A stretch of 64,000 nucleotides of DNA from a virus (lineage: Duplodnaviria; Caudoviricetes). The stretch is taken from positions 1-64,000 of the IMG/VR virus record IMGVR_UViG_2974692648_000001; one strand, given 5' to 3'. The notes under the pieces are model-generated. The model did not search any database. It was not told the DNA's origin and was given only the letters and a program-made list of their open reading frames with translations. Positions within the stretch are counted from its first letter, which is position 1. Every line of letters starts with the position of its first letter. Both the position numbers and the translations under genes were made by a program. This document shows positions 36,861 to 47,883 of this stretch, in pieces.

Positions 36861-38324
36861 ATGAGTAAAACTCCTAACTTTGTTTCTATGGGGACAGCTT
36901 CGGGTTCTGGTGTTAAGCTAAGTGATGGTGAACAACTCATTGACTTAGACGAACACTACGACGACAAGACCAGTCATGAAGAAACAGAAGCAATTGCGGA
37001 ATACTTACGCAACGGTAAGTTAAGTAAACGTGCTTTGGAACAACAAAAAGTTTCTGGCACTGAGCGCTTTGAACCAGGTTGTACTGAACTTAATGGCATC
37101 TTGGGTGGTGAGTCTTTCCTAAACAGCATCAAAGAAGGCGCTAAGAAATTTGTAGCTTGGGCGATTAAAATGATTTCGGGAGCACTCAAATGGATTTTGG
37201 TTAAAGCTCGTGAGTTCACTAACTATTTCAGTGACAACCGTGAGATTCAAAAGTCCGAAGAGATGCTTCGTGACATCGAAGGTAAACTGATGGAGTTAGG
37301 TGGTCCATCCTTTAACGTCATTGACGTTAAAGAGTTAACCGAAAGTCACCGTCCAGTAGTACGTCGTCTAGAAATGGTACGATTGCTGAAGGCAAGAAAC
37401 GTTAAAGTTCTGGAAGCGGCTAAACGTCTCACAGAGAACTCTTTCCATATCAAGAAATTGATTTCTGAACTGTCGCGTCACAAAGCAAGCGTTAACAAAA
37501 CCAAAGACACTTTTGATAAGAGTGTTAAACACCTTCGTAAACGCGCTAATGAAAAGTCTTTGACTATGGAAGACTTAGGGCTTTGGGAAGCACAAATCAC
37601 GGACTTAGTTGCCCAGCACTTACAAACGCATACTTTGAAAGCAGCGTATGTTAAGTTGGCGGCGGCAACCACGGTCGATGAGAAAGATCAAAACATCATC
37701 GATGTGGACAAACAATTCCGTGAATTCTCCGATATGATGAAGCGTACCCAGGAAGCCACCAAAGATAATGTTTCGGTAGAAGAGTTCGCTCAATTGTCAG
37801 ACTTCGGTAATCTACTCCGTAAGCAGATCAGTGAGAACCCTGGAGAGTGGGATATCGAAGTTGATATGTCTGATCTTAAAGACTTCGATAAACTGGTATC
37901 TATGAGTGACTTGGAGTTCTTCGAAACACTTGCACAGGAAACTGGTAACCCTCGCCCGGTAGCTGTGTACCGAGAGTTTGTGGCTCGTTGTGCTAACTAC
38001 GCAACTACGTTACAGATGTGTATCGAAGCCTCTGTGCGCTACAGTAACGAAGCACGTTACTTGGCAGAGTGGTCTCAACGTTATGATACTATCTTAGGTA
38101 TCTACTCCTTAGAAACTGTCAAGCAACGTAAAGACGCCCGTCAAGCTCACTATGATGCAACTGGTGAACAAATCGACACGGCTAACTTAAGGGATGTTCC
38201 TGAACATGCTCTTGACCCTGCTGAACGTCAGTGGCGTGCATTGTACGACCGTCTGTTGCCTGGGATGAAGAAGACGATGAACACGTTGTCTCGTAAACTC
38301 AATGCAGGAGTGACCGTAAAATGA
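36861..38324 (+). CDS. Putative internal head protein
   Basis: Start ATG 36861 (AAGGAG). GTE and GGES-FLNSIK motifs shared with the head paralogues. Confidence 0.65.
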   Translation: MSKTPNFVSMGTASGSGVKLSDGEQLIDLDEHYDDKTSHEETEAIAEYLRNGKLSKRALEQQKVSGTERFEPGCTELNGILGGESFLNSIKEGAKKFVAWAIKMISGALKWILVKAREFTNYFSDNREIQKSEEMLRDIEGKLMELGGPSFNVIDVKELTESHRPVVRRLEMVRLLKARNVKVLEAAKRLTENSFHIKKLISELSRHKASVNKTKDTFDKSVKHLRKRANEKSLTMEDLGLWEAQITDLVAQHLQTHTLKAAYVKLAAATTVDEKDQNIIDVDKQFREFSDMMKRTQEATKDNVSVEEFAQLSDFGNLLRKQISENPGEWDIEVDMSDLKDFDKLVSMSDLEFFETLAQETGNPRPVAVYREFVARCANYATTLQMCIEASVRYSNEARYLAEWSQRYDTILGIYSLETVKQRKDARQAHYDATGEQIDTANLRDVPEHALDPAERQWRALYDRLLPGMKKTMNTLSRKLNAGVTVK

Positions 38325-39043
38325 TTCGTGAGATTAATAACGAATACAAAAGCATTCGTCAAGAAGTTCGTAAGTGGGGAGATAGTGTCGAAGAGTTTAA
38401 CGTGAAAGTCGTGGAACTCAAGGAAGCACTAGACAGACCGTTTGACAAAGCGACCCTAATGGAAATGGCTAAGTTCGCTGAAGCTCTTCCATCTGAGATC
38501 CGTGAGTTACAACTGTACGCCACACACGGTCCTTCACACGTTAACGGGGATGCTTTCCGTCAATGCGTTTGCATTCGTAGTAATAATGGTTATATTGAAT
38601 TAAGTCCTTTAAACAAAGGTCGCGAGTTAATTCACCGTTATTACGAGTTAGCAACAAAAATGATTAAGTACACTTTAGAAGAATTAAACCGAGAAAGAAC
38701 CGAGGTCAATTCTCATAAAGCGGTATGTTTAAGTCGTGACGTTGCTCGCTTCCATGCTTACATTAACCGTGGGATCTATGAGCCAATTGAATGGGCTAAG
38801 TTAGAACCAGAAGGCGATTACCTTACTGACATGTACTCTTTGGAGTCGACTAAAGAAGCGCTGTATAATGTTTCTGCTCGCTCTAGTCAAAAGGGTGTTT
38901 ATTTCTGGAGTCTAAGTTGGGACGCTGAGCGATTGATGTATGCTGTCAACGCACTACAGTCTCTGGTAGAACGAATCACCGAATTTGGTATCGCTCGACT
39001 AGAACTTACGCCAGAACAACTGGATGCTTTAGAAAACAAGTAA
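38321..39043 (+). CDS. Putative virion protein
   Basis: 240 aa, overlaps the upstream stop (ATGA), AGGAG RBS. Confidence 0.6.
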   Translation: MIREINNEYKSIRQEVRKWGDSVEEFNVKVVELKEALDRPFDKATLMEMAKFAEALPSEIRELQLYATHGPSHVNGDAFRQCVCIRSNNGYIELSPLNKGRELIHRYYELATKMIKYTLEELNRERTEVNSHKAVCLSRDVARFHAYINRGIYEPIEWAKLEPEGDYLTDMYSLESTKEALYNVSARSSQKGVYFWSLSWDAERLMYAVNALQSLVERITEFGIARLELTPEQLDALENK

Positions 39044-39049
39044 ACAATA

Positions 39050-39100
39050 TATACTCCCTCTCCCGACTAGGGAGAGGGAGTATAGTTACTTTATTTATTT
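39050..39100. terminator. Bidirectional terminator
   Basis: tatactccctctccc-gacta-gggagagggagtata. Confidence 0.85.
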
Positions 39101-42015
39101 TTGTAGTGTGGAAGGAACGCGAAAGAAATTGCCTCTTTAACACTCGCTACACCATCGCCCGTGTTTTCTAAACGCTTACGAACCGAGAAAGAAGTCGTAG
39201 TGTCCATATTAGATACTACGTCAATTTCTTGATCATCAGCAAGCGCATTGAGTCGAACGTCTACCACGTCGGTAGGTAGTACGTCTTTTAGCGCTCTTAA
39301 GATGTCGTTATTAGAAACTGTGGTGTTCTTTAACGCTTCATTAATAACGTTAGAGGTTAACGTTTTAAGCGCTGGACGGATGGTGTCACTACGCATACCA
39401 GCCGGCGTTAAGTAGTAGACTACGTTGAATGATAAGTCCGCTCGAACTTTAGTCTCAAACTGAGAGTTGATCACTACGTTAATCAAACCAAGTTTCACTT
39501 TAGGTGAGAACATCAATTCAGTTTTGTCACGCATTTGGCTATCAAAGTTAGCCATGTCTTGCATTACCACGTCACTGATATATGCTTTGGTCTGTTTGGC
39601 GAAGTTAAGATCATACTGGTCATTAGAGAACCAGAAGTTACCGTCAAAACAAACGAAGTCCATGTAGTACTTAAGTTCACCACCACCTAACTTCACTGGG
39701 TTACTGTTGTCATCGTAAACCAAAGAGTTTTTGTAATGCAAGATGACCGGCTCACCATTCTCGTTATACATTGGATCTCCGGCTCGATGTTCGATTACCA
39801 TCTTACCATCTTCAAATACGTAACGATTATTTTCGTCTCGTTTGAAAGTGTCTTCAGGCCACACCTCAGGGACATCTTCTGCGTAACGCTGATATTGCTC
39901 TTCACCCAATACTGGATGAGCGCGGTGGTATAGGTTATTTAGTGTCTTACCAAAGATCACATCATAACCTACCTCAATCAAACACGTCATTCCAGAACCA
40001 AATAGAACTGCGTCAATACGTAAATCTTGTTCCGTTGGTTTCTCGCCTTCAGAGGCACCTACTAAGAACATGACTTTAATGTCAGTCTTAAGTTCCGCGT
40101 TAACACTCTTTGCAGGACGACCAAACATATTAAGGTTTGTGAAACTCAACATGTCACGAACGTCAACATCGAAGTTCGTCTCTAGGATGAACTCCCAAAT
40201 ACGGTTGTTGTCTTGATCACGCCCTAATACCTTACCTTTCATAGTGGCGATCTCACTAGAGTCCGCTGGAGTAAAGTAAAGTTGGGCTGCTACTTTGTCG
40301 TCTGGCATCGAGTTGTAAATTTCATCGCCACGAGTACGCATCACAATACGGTAGCCGTTTTCTAAATGCTCGACTAAAATAGACTCAACACTCAACTCTA
40401 CACCCAGAGTTTCTTTCTCGTAAAGGAAGTTTTGGTTGTCGTATTTAGGTACGTCTAACAAATAAGGACGTATCTTAACGGTACCGCTGGTTGTGTCCAA
40501 CACATTATGAAAAGGTGTGTAAACCAACATGCGACCATTTACATAGTCCAGCAACTCATCCGTGGTCATCAAACCAATCGAATCAACTTGGGTCTTAGGT
40601 AATAACCGTGTACCTGTATCCGTAACTTCAAACACAGTGCCTGGTGGTATGGTAACACGTCGGTCATTATCGTAAACCACACCAGAATCACGTAGTTCGT
40701 CTAATGAATACATCACGCTAGCAATATAAGCATTAACTGACACTGAACGTTTCTCGGCGTCAGAGTACGTTGGCAGGTCCCGAGTTAATTGATACAATCG
40801 ATTAGTGTACATGTCAATCAACTTAGTCGCACTGTAACCGTAAGCATTAAGGTAATTACTTATCTGGTTTTCCGAAATAGGAATGGATTGACGACGACTG
40901 TTGTTGATCGCTTCATGCTTCATTTGCAAGAAGTTACGAGGGTTGGCACCACCGCTTACTTCAGCTTGGATTTCCCACGCTGAGTTGTTAACTTCCCGCA
41001 TTGGCGCTTCGTAACGACCCAACTGGTTGGTACCGTAATCGAAGTCTAAGTACGTTGCGGTGTGGGTCTGAGTACGTAAAGTTTTCAAATCCTGTTCGTA
41101 CGCACCTTTGGTCGTATAAACAACTAAAGTAAGAGTACCAACGCCACGTTTGTTGTTGATATAGACTTCAGGGATGGCGTAAACGAATTGTTGATTGTTT
41201 TGATCAACATCCACGGTTAGCGTTACTTCGTTTTGATTGAAGACTTGGTTGTTGTAAGCGATACGAATTTCACGTGTCGGTTCACCATTAGCCGGACTTA
41301 AGAAAGCACGCACACCAAAAAGCTTGTCTTTGAAATCGTAAGTCTCACGGAGACCTGCTGTCGGAGTAATAGCGATCTTACGTTTGGTCTCACCCTTAAG
41401 TTGCTTGACTGGAATATCGACGTAAAGATATTCTTCACCCAGCATGTTAACTGTACGACGATCTAAGGAGTTAGTCGTGATGTTGTAAAAAGGATGATTG
41501 CTCTTACTATCGTAAACTACCTGCACGTGACCCGCTTCCATTAAACGGAACTCGATGGCATGTACGATGCTAAAGGGAACTCCGTAAACTTCCACGATGG
41601 TGTCTTTTGGCATGACTAACTTACGGTAGTTATTGATCACGGTACCTGACTGTTCTTCGTAAGGCACTGCTAAGCGACGTATCTCATTCATAGGAAGGGA
41701 GAAACGCATTGTGGTTTCACTAGGATACCCAAACAGACCAAAGAACTCATAATCACTCATGTGGCGGAATAAGTCCGATGGCTTACGAGCATGTTCACGG
41801 TAGAGACGAGACTCCACATCCCCTATGCGGTTAATTAGACCCGCTGACTCAGAAACGATCGTATCTAAGGCACGGACAAAAGGATGACTTGTGCTTTCGA
41901 AGGCTACCCGTTTACCTTCAAAGGCTTCTGCTGTTCGGTCAAGTACCAAAGAGATAGCGCGACCCGGGTTGTTAGCGATGCGGTTTAGTTCATCGAAGGT
42001 TAATTCACCACTCAT
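39091..42015 (-). CDS. Large virion structural protein, probable baseplate wedge (T4 gp6-like; phiKZ gp87-like)
   Basis: About 974 aa from ATG 42015, coupled to the upstream stop. VYTTKG and VSGGANP recall gp6-like wedge motifs (inference). Confidence 0.6.
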   Translation of the reverse strand: MSGELTFDELNRIANNPGRAISLVLDRTAEAFEGKRVAFESTSHPFVRALDTIVSESAGLINRIGDVESRLYREHARKPSDLFRHMSDYEFFGLFGYPSETTMRFSLPMNEIRRLAVPYEEQSGTVINNYRKLVMPKDTIVEVYGVPFSIVHAIEFRLMEAGHVQVVYDSKSNHPFYNITTNSLDRRTVNMLGEEYLYVDIPVKQLKGETKRKIAITPTAGLRETYDFKDKLFGVRAFLSPANGEPTREIRIAYNNQVFNQNEVTLTVDVDQNNQQFVYAIPEVYINNKRGVGTLTLVVYTTKGAYEQDLKTLRTQTHTATYLDFDYGTNQLGRYEAPMREVNNSAWEIQAEVSGGANPRNFLQMKHEAINNSRRQSIPISENQISNYLNAYGYSATKLIDMYTNRLYQLTRDLPTYSDAEKRSVSVNAYIASVMYSLDELRDSGVVYDNDRRVTIPPGTVFEVTDTGTRLLPKTQVDSIGLMTTDELLDYVNGRMLVYTPFHNVLDTTSGTVKIRPYLLDVPKYDNQNFLYEKETLGVELSVESILVEHLENGYRIVMRTRGDEIYNSMPDDKVAAQLYFTPADSSEIATMKGKVLGRDQDNNRIWEFILETNFDVDVRDMLSFTNLNMFGRPAKSVNAELKTDIKVMFLVGASEGEKPTEQDLRIDAVLFGSGMTCLIEVGYDVIFGKTLNNLYHRAHPVLGEEQYQRYAEDVPEVWPEDTFKRDENNRYVFEDGKMVIEHRAGDPMYNENGEPVILHYKNSLVYDDNSNPVKLGGGELKYYMDFVCFDGNFWFSNDQYDLNFAKQTKAYISDVVMQDMANFDSQMRDKTELMFSPKVKLGLINVVINSQFETKVRADLSFNVVYYLTPAGMRSDTIRPALKTLTSNVINEALKNTTVSNNDILRALKDVLPTDVVDVRLNALADDQEIDVVSNMDTTTSFSVRKRLENTGDGVASVKEAISFAFLPHYKNK

Positions 42016-43058
42016 TATTTCGTTACCCACCATTCTAGTTCCATGGTATTAATGTTAATCCACGGATAAGCTTTAAAGTTATGATCTAGGAATTCTGACG
42101 GATCTAGTCTACGGTAGACTTTCTCGCGACGACCGTCTTTCATGTCAGAATTAAAGAACGTAGTAGAGCCATTGAAGGCATCGATGCATTCAAAGGTATC
42201 GGCACGAGCACCAATTGATTTGAACTGAATATCGTATGTGTCCTGCCCCGGTCCGCGTCGACTATTTTGTTCATAGTCGATAGAAGCCAAACTACCCTGA
42301 GGGTGCGTGGAAGGAACAGATTGAATCGTCATGTAGATAGATTCAATGTTTACCATATTTGGGTTCATGAACAGATGGAAAATACGAGTGTCGAAATCCC
42401 AATAATTCTGGTACTGGGCTTCGAAGTAAGGTTCCATGCCATGGTCACCCAAACGGACCTCGGGAATGTAATGTTCCCAAACCGAAAATAAATAAGGGAG
42501 GATACCACCCTTAACATTTTTATAGGTTTGGTTAATGGTCAGTAGTCCGTTGGTTTCCAACAAACCTTCTATCCATTGGTACGTTTCTTGACGGATACCA
42601 GGTTGACCGGCAACAGATTCTAATTCTAGATCCGGGAACCCGTCTGATTTTCTTAGTAAGTTGGTTAGCAAAGGTAGCCATGCATTTTTGTTGTCCAATG
42701 CAGGATGTGAGTAAGTTCTTCCTACTCGATAATCCAATAGCCCACGAATGTATCCACCTAACGTGTTGGCGTCTGCTTTAAACAGTTTAGCGAAACGAGG
42801 TGACTTCGACACGTTCTCGTCGCTGAGGTTCAGTACCGGTCGAGTTATGAACATTAATCCTATGGTGTCATCAGCCAAAGGTGCTAGTTGTATACCGTTA
42901 CCCAATATTTTTATGCCATGAAGAATATTACCTAACGGGCTAAGGTAACTACCGCCACCATTTTCTTTAAAAATGTCATTCAACCAAACCTTCAAATTTG
43001 GATCGACTTCCCCAGTAAATGGGTTGAGCGGCTTTTGCTGTTTGTCAATTTCATCCAT
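42015..43058 (-). CDS. Virion structural protein, possibly tail-tube-like/baseplate (phiKZ gp88-like)
   Basis: 347 aa, AGGA RBS, FITRPVLNL motif, beta-rich pattern. Synteny. Confidence 0.55.
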   Translation of the reverse strand: MDEIDKQQKPLNPFTGEVDPNLKVWLNDIFKENGGGSYLSPLGNILHGIKILGNGIQLAPLADDTIGLMFITRPVLNLSDENVSKSPRFAKLFKADANTLGGYIRGLLDYRVGRTYSHPALDNKNAWLPLLTNLLRKSDGFPDLELESVAGQPGIRQETYQWIEGLLETNGLLTINQTYKNVKGGILPYLFSVWEHYIPEVRLGDHGMEPYFEAQYQNYWDFDTRIFHLFMNPNMVNIESIYMTIQSVPSTHPQGSLASIDYEQNSRRGPGQDTYDIQFKSIGARADTFECIDAFNGSTTFFNSDMKDGRREKVYRRLDPSEFLDHNFKAYPWININTMELEWWVTK

Positions 43059-43097
43059 TTTTTATTTCCTAATAACTTAACTTGAAGAGAATTTATT

Positions 43098-44207
43098 ATG
43101 AGCACAATGATCAATCTTGGCTCTGCCCTTCTGAACGCACTTAGTCCAGAATGGGTTGCCAATTTGACAGAGACTGTCACTACGCAGGGTGGTGCGGTAT
43201 ACGATACCCATAAGGGCAACAGTCTGGTTGCTTCAGCACAAAAAACGATGATCCGACCTATGGTCGTCATCGAACAATCTGTAGTGCATCAGGACTACGC
43301 GACTGACCTGATGACGATCATACAATTGCGAGATATTCAGGCAACTTTAAGTCATTTACGCCTCCAAGGTACGATCGGTGGTGTACAGATTGACAAGTAC
43401 ATTGACCCTATTCGTCCTACCCGTAACATGGGTCGTCGACTAGGTAGTTTTGGTGGACTGGAGTCATTCGGTGGCACCGATATCATGAAGCCGGTCGAAG
43501 GTGAAGTAGCGGGTCAGGAATCACATTCAGTATCAGTAGACAGCAAGTCTGCACAAACTGTGTTAACCGAGTACGCTCCATTGGCACTAGGTCGTACAGT
43601 AGAAGCACAAGTCAATATTGACGATAAGCCGGTCAACTTCCCTCTAACGTTCCGTCAGATTCCTGTTCCTATGGACGTGAAAGACTTGGAGCGTGTATTT
43701 AGCAATGCTAAAGGTGATGATACTTGGAAGACACGTTTTGATAAACTAAGCGTGAACATGATCACGGTACCTGAACTACTGACCGGCAGTGATGTTGTTA
43801 AGGAGAAGTTCCGTGTTCGTTTGGACGACCTTAAGTCTAAAACGAAATACATCAACGACTCTATCGCTAACCAACGCAACCATATCAAGAAAGCGTTTGC
43901 GACTGGTGAGATGTCCATGAACAACATGGCGAATACGTTCGTTATTACTGACAGCACAGCGCGTCAGATCGAACTAGTTACAGGTAAGCGTTTTGATAAT
44001 GTAAGTCAACGTGAATCTTTGTGGCAAGGTCTTAAAGCTAACACTATCGTGATTTGTAATGAATCTCGCGGTCTGTTCACTTTCTACACTATGGGTGAGA
44101 AACTCCCTGAACAGTACACTCGTAACGACATCAAGCAAAAAGCGGCTAAAGAGTCTAGTGTGGGTTCTTTAACAGATATCATGAAACTTCTTAATGGCGG
44201 TATGTAA
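43098..44207 (+). CDS. Head/inner-body protein (phiKZ gp89-like)
   Basis: 369 aa, GGLES and AGQES sites, first gene of the head cluster. Confidence 0.6.
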   Translation: MSTMINLGSALLNALSPEWVANLTETVTTQGGAVYDTHKGNSLVASAQKTMIRPMVVIEQSVVHQDYATDLMTIIQLRDIQATLSHLRLQGTIGGVQIDKYIDPIRPTRNMGRRLGSFGGLESFGGTDIMKPVEGEVAGQESHSVSVDSKSAQTVLTEYAPLALGRTVEAQVNIDDKPVNFPLTFRQIPVPMDVKDLERVFSNAKGDDTWKTRFDKLSVNMITVPELLTGSDVVKEKFRVRLDDLKSKTKYINDSIANQRNHIKKAFATGEMSMNNMANTFVITDSTARQIELVTGKRFDNVSQRESLWQGLKANTIVICNESRGLFTFYTMGEKLPEQYTRNDIKQKAAKESSVGSLTDIMKLLNGGM

Positions 44208-45088
44208 TGGAAATCTTAGAATTTAAAAATAACCTAAAGCCGGTAAAGAAAGCCGACATTGTTAAGGTAATTAAAGGTCACCGTGATTACATCGAAGGTG
44301 CACACGACAACCTGCGCTTACTACAAAGTGAAGGCATTCCCTTGAGTAAAGCAATGGAAGGATGGAAACTGGCTCCTGCTCTTTTCAAAGAAATGCGTGG
44401 ATCAGTTAACAAGTCGATCTCCATGGAGAGTATTGTAGAAGGCGCTATCCGTAACGCACTGTCTATTCTTGAAACATTGGAAAAAGACTTCAATGCAGGT
44501 CCTGGGGTGATTGGTAAAGAGACGGCGACTATTCGTGAACTCAATGCCTTGATGTTAGATACTTACATCGCTTTCTGGGTGGACTACTTGTCTCGTCTGA
44601 TGAACATGTTCACTTCAATGATGGTTAAAGGTAAGACGGCAGAACAAGTCACTCAAAAACCTGATCTGAAGTTCTTGATCGACAACATGGCGAAGTTCGG
44701 TGAGTTAACTTACTTGTTGTTTGAACGTGGTGGCATCATTCATAAACGTTACCGTTCGGCTCCAAAGATTGTTGCGGACGAACAGACGGTTGACGTGCTA
44801 ACTGAAACTAAGGGTAAAGATTCAGTCCTAGTTTTACAAACACGTAACTTTGGCCCTCACTCACTTAACCCAGGTTACTGGTACTCGCTACTAAAAATGG
44901 AATTTGCTTTGGTTCAATACGAATCTCAGCAAAACTCTATCGAGTCGAATGCCCAGAAGATCAGCTACTATCAAGATCTTCAAAACCAAGAGCCTTCTCC
45001 TGCTAACGAGAAAATGATCGAGTTGCTTGAAGAACGCATCATCAAGGCGCAAGCTAAGATGGAAGAAATCGAACAACGCTACGCTTAA
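44207..45088 (+). CDS. Head/inner-body protein (phiKZ gp90-like)
   Basis: 293 aa, helical, C-terminal coiled coil, TAATG coupling. Confidence 0.6.
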   Translation: MEILEFKNNLKPVKKADIVKVIKGHRDYIEGAHDNLRLLQSEGIPLSKAMEGWKLAPALFKEMRGSVNKSISMESIVEGAIRNALSILETLEKDFNAGPGVIGKETATIRELNALMLDTYIAFWVDYLSRLMNMFTSMMVKGKTAEQVTQKPDLKFLIDNMAKFGELTYLLFERGGIIHKRYRSAPKIVADEQTVDVLTETKGKDSVLVLQTRNFGPHSLNPGYWYSLLKMEFALVQYESQQNSIESNAQKISYYQDLQNQEPSPANEKMIELLEERIIKAQAKMEEIEQRYA

Positions 45089-45098
45089 GGGGTAAGTA

Positions 45099-45608
45099 AT
45101 GAGTGACTTTCGTAAAGTTGCATACGGTTATGTAGATAGCCGTTTACTGGACCCGACGCTAACAGTGATTAACGGTATTCTTCGTGCTTACGTACACAGT
45201 TCGCAAGACATGGAGATGATGATTGATCCGGCGTCGATCCAAGAAGTCTTAGAGATGGGTGATAAGGTCACCGGCAAAGACTTCAAACATTGGGTGATGG
45301 CTAACTACGAGCGCGGCGCGGGTCGTCGTGCTAAGTTGATGCGCAATATCGTGTTCTTCCTCAATGGTAAGATTTCAGCTCGTACTTTAGAACAAGCGAT
45401 TACTGCTGACGAACAACTGGTAACGACCACGGAACTAAAATACATCAAAGCTGCCATCCCTAATGTGGATCGTCGCAACTTGGATGAAATAGAAGACGTG
45501 ATTCGTTATTTGAAACACGAAGATATTTATCGTTTAATCGAAGGTATCGGTCCTCAAATGTTCGCTCGCATGTTGATCACCTTTAATGGAGAATCAGCGT
45601 ATGCCTAG
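45099..45608 (+). CDS. Putative virion protein
   Basis: 169 aa within the head operon. Confidence 0.6.
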   Translation: MSDFRKVAYGYVDSRLLDPTLTVINGILRAYVHSSQDMEMMIDPASIQEVLEMGDKVTGKDFKHWVMANYERGAGRRAKLMRNIVFFLNGKISARTLEQAITADEQLVTTTELKYIKAAIPNVDRRNLDEIEDVIRYLKHEDIYRLIEGIGPQMFARMLITFNGESAYA

Positions 45609-46872
45609 TGGAGATGTAAACAACGAATTAGCGGCACTAAGTGTAGTTAGTTCATCTGAGTTAGCTGAACAAGCTCGTGAAGGTCGTGACCTAGTTAAAC
45701 TCCAAGACGAGATTACGAATGCGATTGATCGTGTAGAAGCTGTTAAGACGGTATTGGGTGAAACTGAACCTAAAGACGTGACACAGTTGTTTGGTAACGT
45801 TATTGACCGTCAGCTGGAACGTGTAGGTGTTCGTAGCTTTGGTGATAAAGATGAAGTAGCAGGTGTTGAGTCACTGGGCTTAGGGTTAACTCCTAGTCGT
45901 TATTTAGAAACTCGTATTGCTGCGTGTGAGTCTTTCCTGACTGAATTTATGGACTGGAGCCGTAACATCACTAAACGTTTCTATAACGAAGTGTTGGAAC
46001 AGCTCGTTCTAATGAAGGACGGTCACGACACACTCACTAAGCGTGCCAAACTGTTACAAACTTTGATGAACGATAACAAGACCGTTTTCAAAGAAGGTGA
46101 CATTACGTTAGGTGGCGCTAATCGAGTTCTGTTGTTAAACAACAAAGTCCCGGAAGATCTTCAAAACCAGATCACACGTTTTGTTGCTACTACTCGTGCT
46201 ATTACCAGTAACTTCTATCGAGCTAACCAAGCTAACACCAACGAGATGATTTCTTACTTTGGTGGATTTGCAGGGCTGGATGAAGAAGCAGCAATTAAAC
46301 GCCTCCTGAAGCTCCCTGGTGCGTTATCTAAGTATCAGTTTAAAGAAGCTATGTTCAACATCCGTGAGCAGTCTAACGACGTCTACCAGACTCGTGGGAG
46401 CGTTAAGCTATTAGGTGACCGCCAGTACATCAATACTTTCTTAGTAGATCGTAAAGTCCGCATTGATTTAGAAGGTGTTAAGTCATGGATCGAACTCTAT
46501 CGTAAACACGAAAGCGTCAAGTTGGAAATCCAAACTCGACAAGACGGTGACGTGACTTTACCGGCATTCGATCAAGCACAAACCGATAAAGCCATCCGTA
46601 GTGTGTTCTCTACATTGAAGGACGTGGAAGGTTTATTCAAAGAAGGTGATCGCTACTTAGTGGACGGCAATGAGTACAAGAAAATGCTCGCTATGCTAAG
46701 TGACGTCACTTGGTCTGAATCGGTGAAAGCCTCGGTCGGTGATGCATTCATCGCTTTGATTCTGACACGCAATAATGAACAGGTTCGTATGCGTTCAGAT
46801 GTGGTAAAATACACTACGCTGGTAATGAACGCCATCTTGAACGTTTGTGAGCAATCGATGGAGCGACCATAA
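45601..46872 (+). CDS. Putative internal head protein
   Basis: Start ATG 45601 (GGAG). AGVES and ACES-FL motifs. Confidence 0.65.
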   Translation: MPSGDVNNELAALSVVSSSELAEQAREGRDLVKLQDEITNAIDRVEAVKTVLGETEPKDVTQLFGNVIDRQLERVGVRSFGDKDEVAGVESLGLGLTPSRYLETRIAACESFLTEFMDWSRNITKRFYNEVLEQLVLMKDGHDTLTKRAKLLQTLMNDNKTVFKEGDITLGGANRVLLLNNKVPEDLQNQITRFVATTRAITSNFYRANQANTNEMISYFGGFAGLDEEAAIKRLLKLPGALSKYQFKEAMFNIREQSNDVYQTRGSVKLLGDRQYINTFLVDRKVRIDLEGVKSWIELYRKHESVKLEIQTRQDGDVTLPAFDQAQTDKAIRSVFSTLKDVEGLFKEGDRYLVDGNEYKKMLAMLSDVTWSESVKASVGDAFIALILTRNNEQVRMRSDVVKYTTLVMNAILNVCEQSMERP

Positions 46873-47825
46873 TGGATGAAGCTGAGTACACACCAGAACA
46901 ACTGCAATTAGCGTTTCGCGGACTAGCAGGTGAAGAGTCGTTATTCAGTGACATCCGAGACGCCATTGGTTTGGGTGGTTCTAAAGCAGAACAAGTAAAC
47001 GAACTATCTGACGGTAAACTCGCCAACCGTTTCATGTTGGGCGCTAATACCGTGGCACGCTTAACGGCTAAAGCCTTGGGATCTAACGACGGGGTGATCA
47101 GCTCACTTATGTCTCGCGCTAAGTCAGTTGAACTCCATGAGGTTAAAGTCTCGGGAAAACTGATTGCAGACCTTACTATTGACAACGAGCTCTCTCATCT
47201 GCTGAGTGATCAAAAAACACTGAGTGATACAATCTCGACGGTCATGCGTTATCAAAGCGAACTGGAAAGTTACGGGGGTGAAATCAATACCCTTTTGAAG
47301 GCTGCTAAGTCCGCTAAGGATAATGCGAAGTTAACTGAGATCACAACTAAACTTGGGATGGTTAAATTCCCCGTTTTAAAACTCCAAGCTAAAGACGAGG
47401 ACGGTTACCATTCTGAACTACTCCCGGGTGGTAAACGTATTCGCTGCACTGAGGACCCGGTAAAGTTCATCTTGGATGGAACGGGTGACTCCGGAGCCGA
47501 ACAAACCTTTGAGTTTAGTAAAGACCAGCTGAACAAATTCTTGACTCAAATGCGCTGGGTGAATACTCAGCAGAAATCATTGAGCGAGATGATCAACCGT
47601 TACGCTAAGTTCTTGAAAGAATGGAGTGCGACGGTAAAAGATGTTCAAGGTCATCTGGACAAAACCGAGGGCGTGAGTAAATCGGTTAACAACCAATTAG
47701 TGAGTCATATGGCACTCAATTCATCTCAGGTGGAATTTTATACGACGTTCCTTCCTCGACTGATTGCCTATTTAAATCATTACGTAAATCAAGGTAACGA
47801 TTTAGTGACCGTTGTCCTGAAATAA
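46872..47825 (+). CDS. Putative internal head protein
   Basis: 317 aa, AGEES-LFSDIR motif, ELLPGGK. Confidence 0.65.
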   Translation: MDEAEYTPEQLQLAFRGLAGEESLFSDIRDAIGLGGSKAEQVNELSDGKLANRFMLGANTVARLTAKALGSNDGVISSLMSRAKSVELHEVKVSGKLIADLTIDNELSHLLSDQKTLSDTISTVMRYQSELESYGGEINTLLKAAKSAKDNAKLTEITTKLGMVKFPVLKLQAKDEDGYHSELLPGGKRIRCTEDPVKFILDGTGDSGAEQTFEFSKDQLNKFLTQMRWVNTQQKSLSEMINRYAKFLKEWSATVKDVQGHLDKTEGVSKSVNNQLVSHMALNSSQVEFYTTFLPRLIAYLNHYVNQGNDLVTVVLK

Positions 47826-47836
47826 ATTTAATATTA

Positions 47837-47861
47837 GGGAGTCAACCGACTCCCCTACTTT
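47837..47861 (+). terminator. Weak terminator or processing hairpin
   Basis: gggagtc-aacc-gactccc. Confidence 0.5.
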
Positions 47862-47883
47862 CATAAATAAAGGAAACATTAGT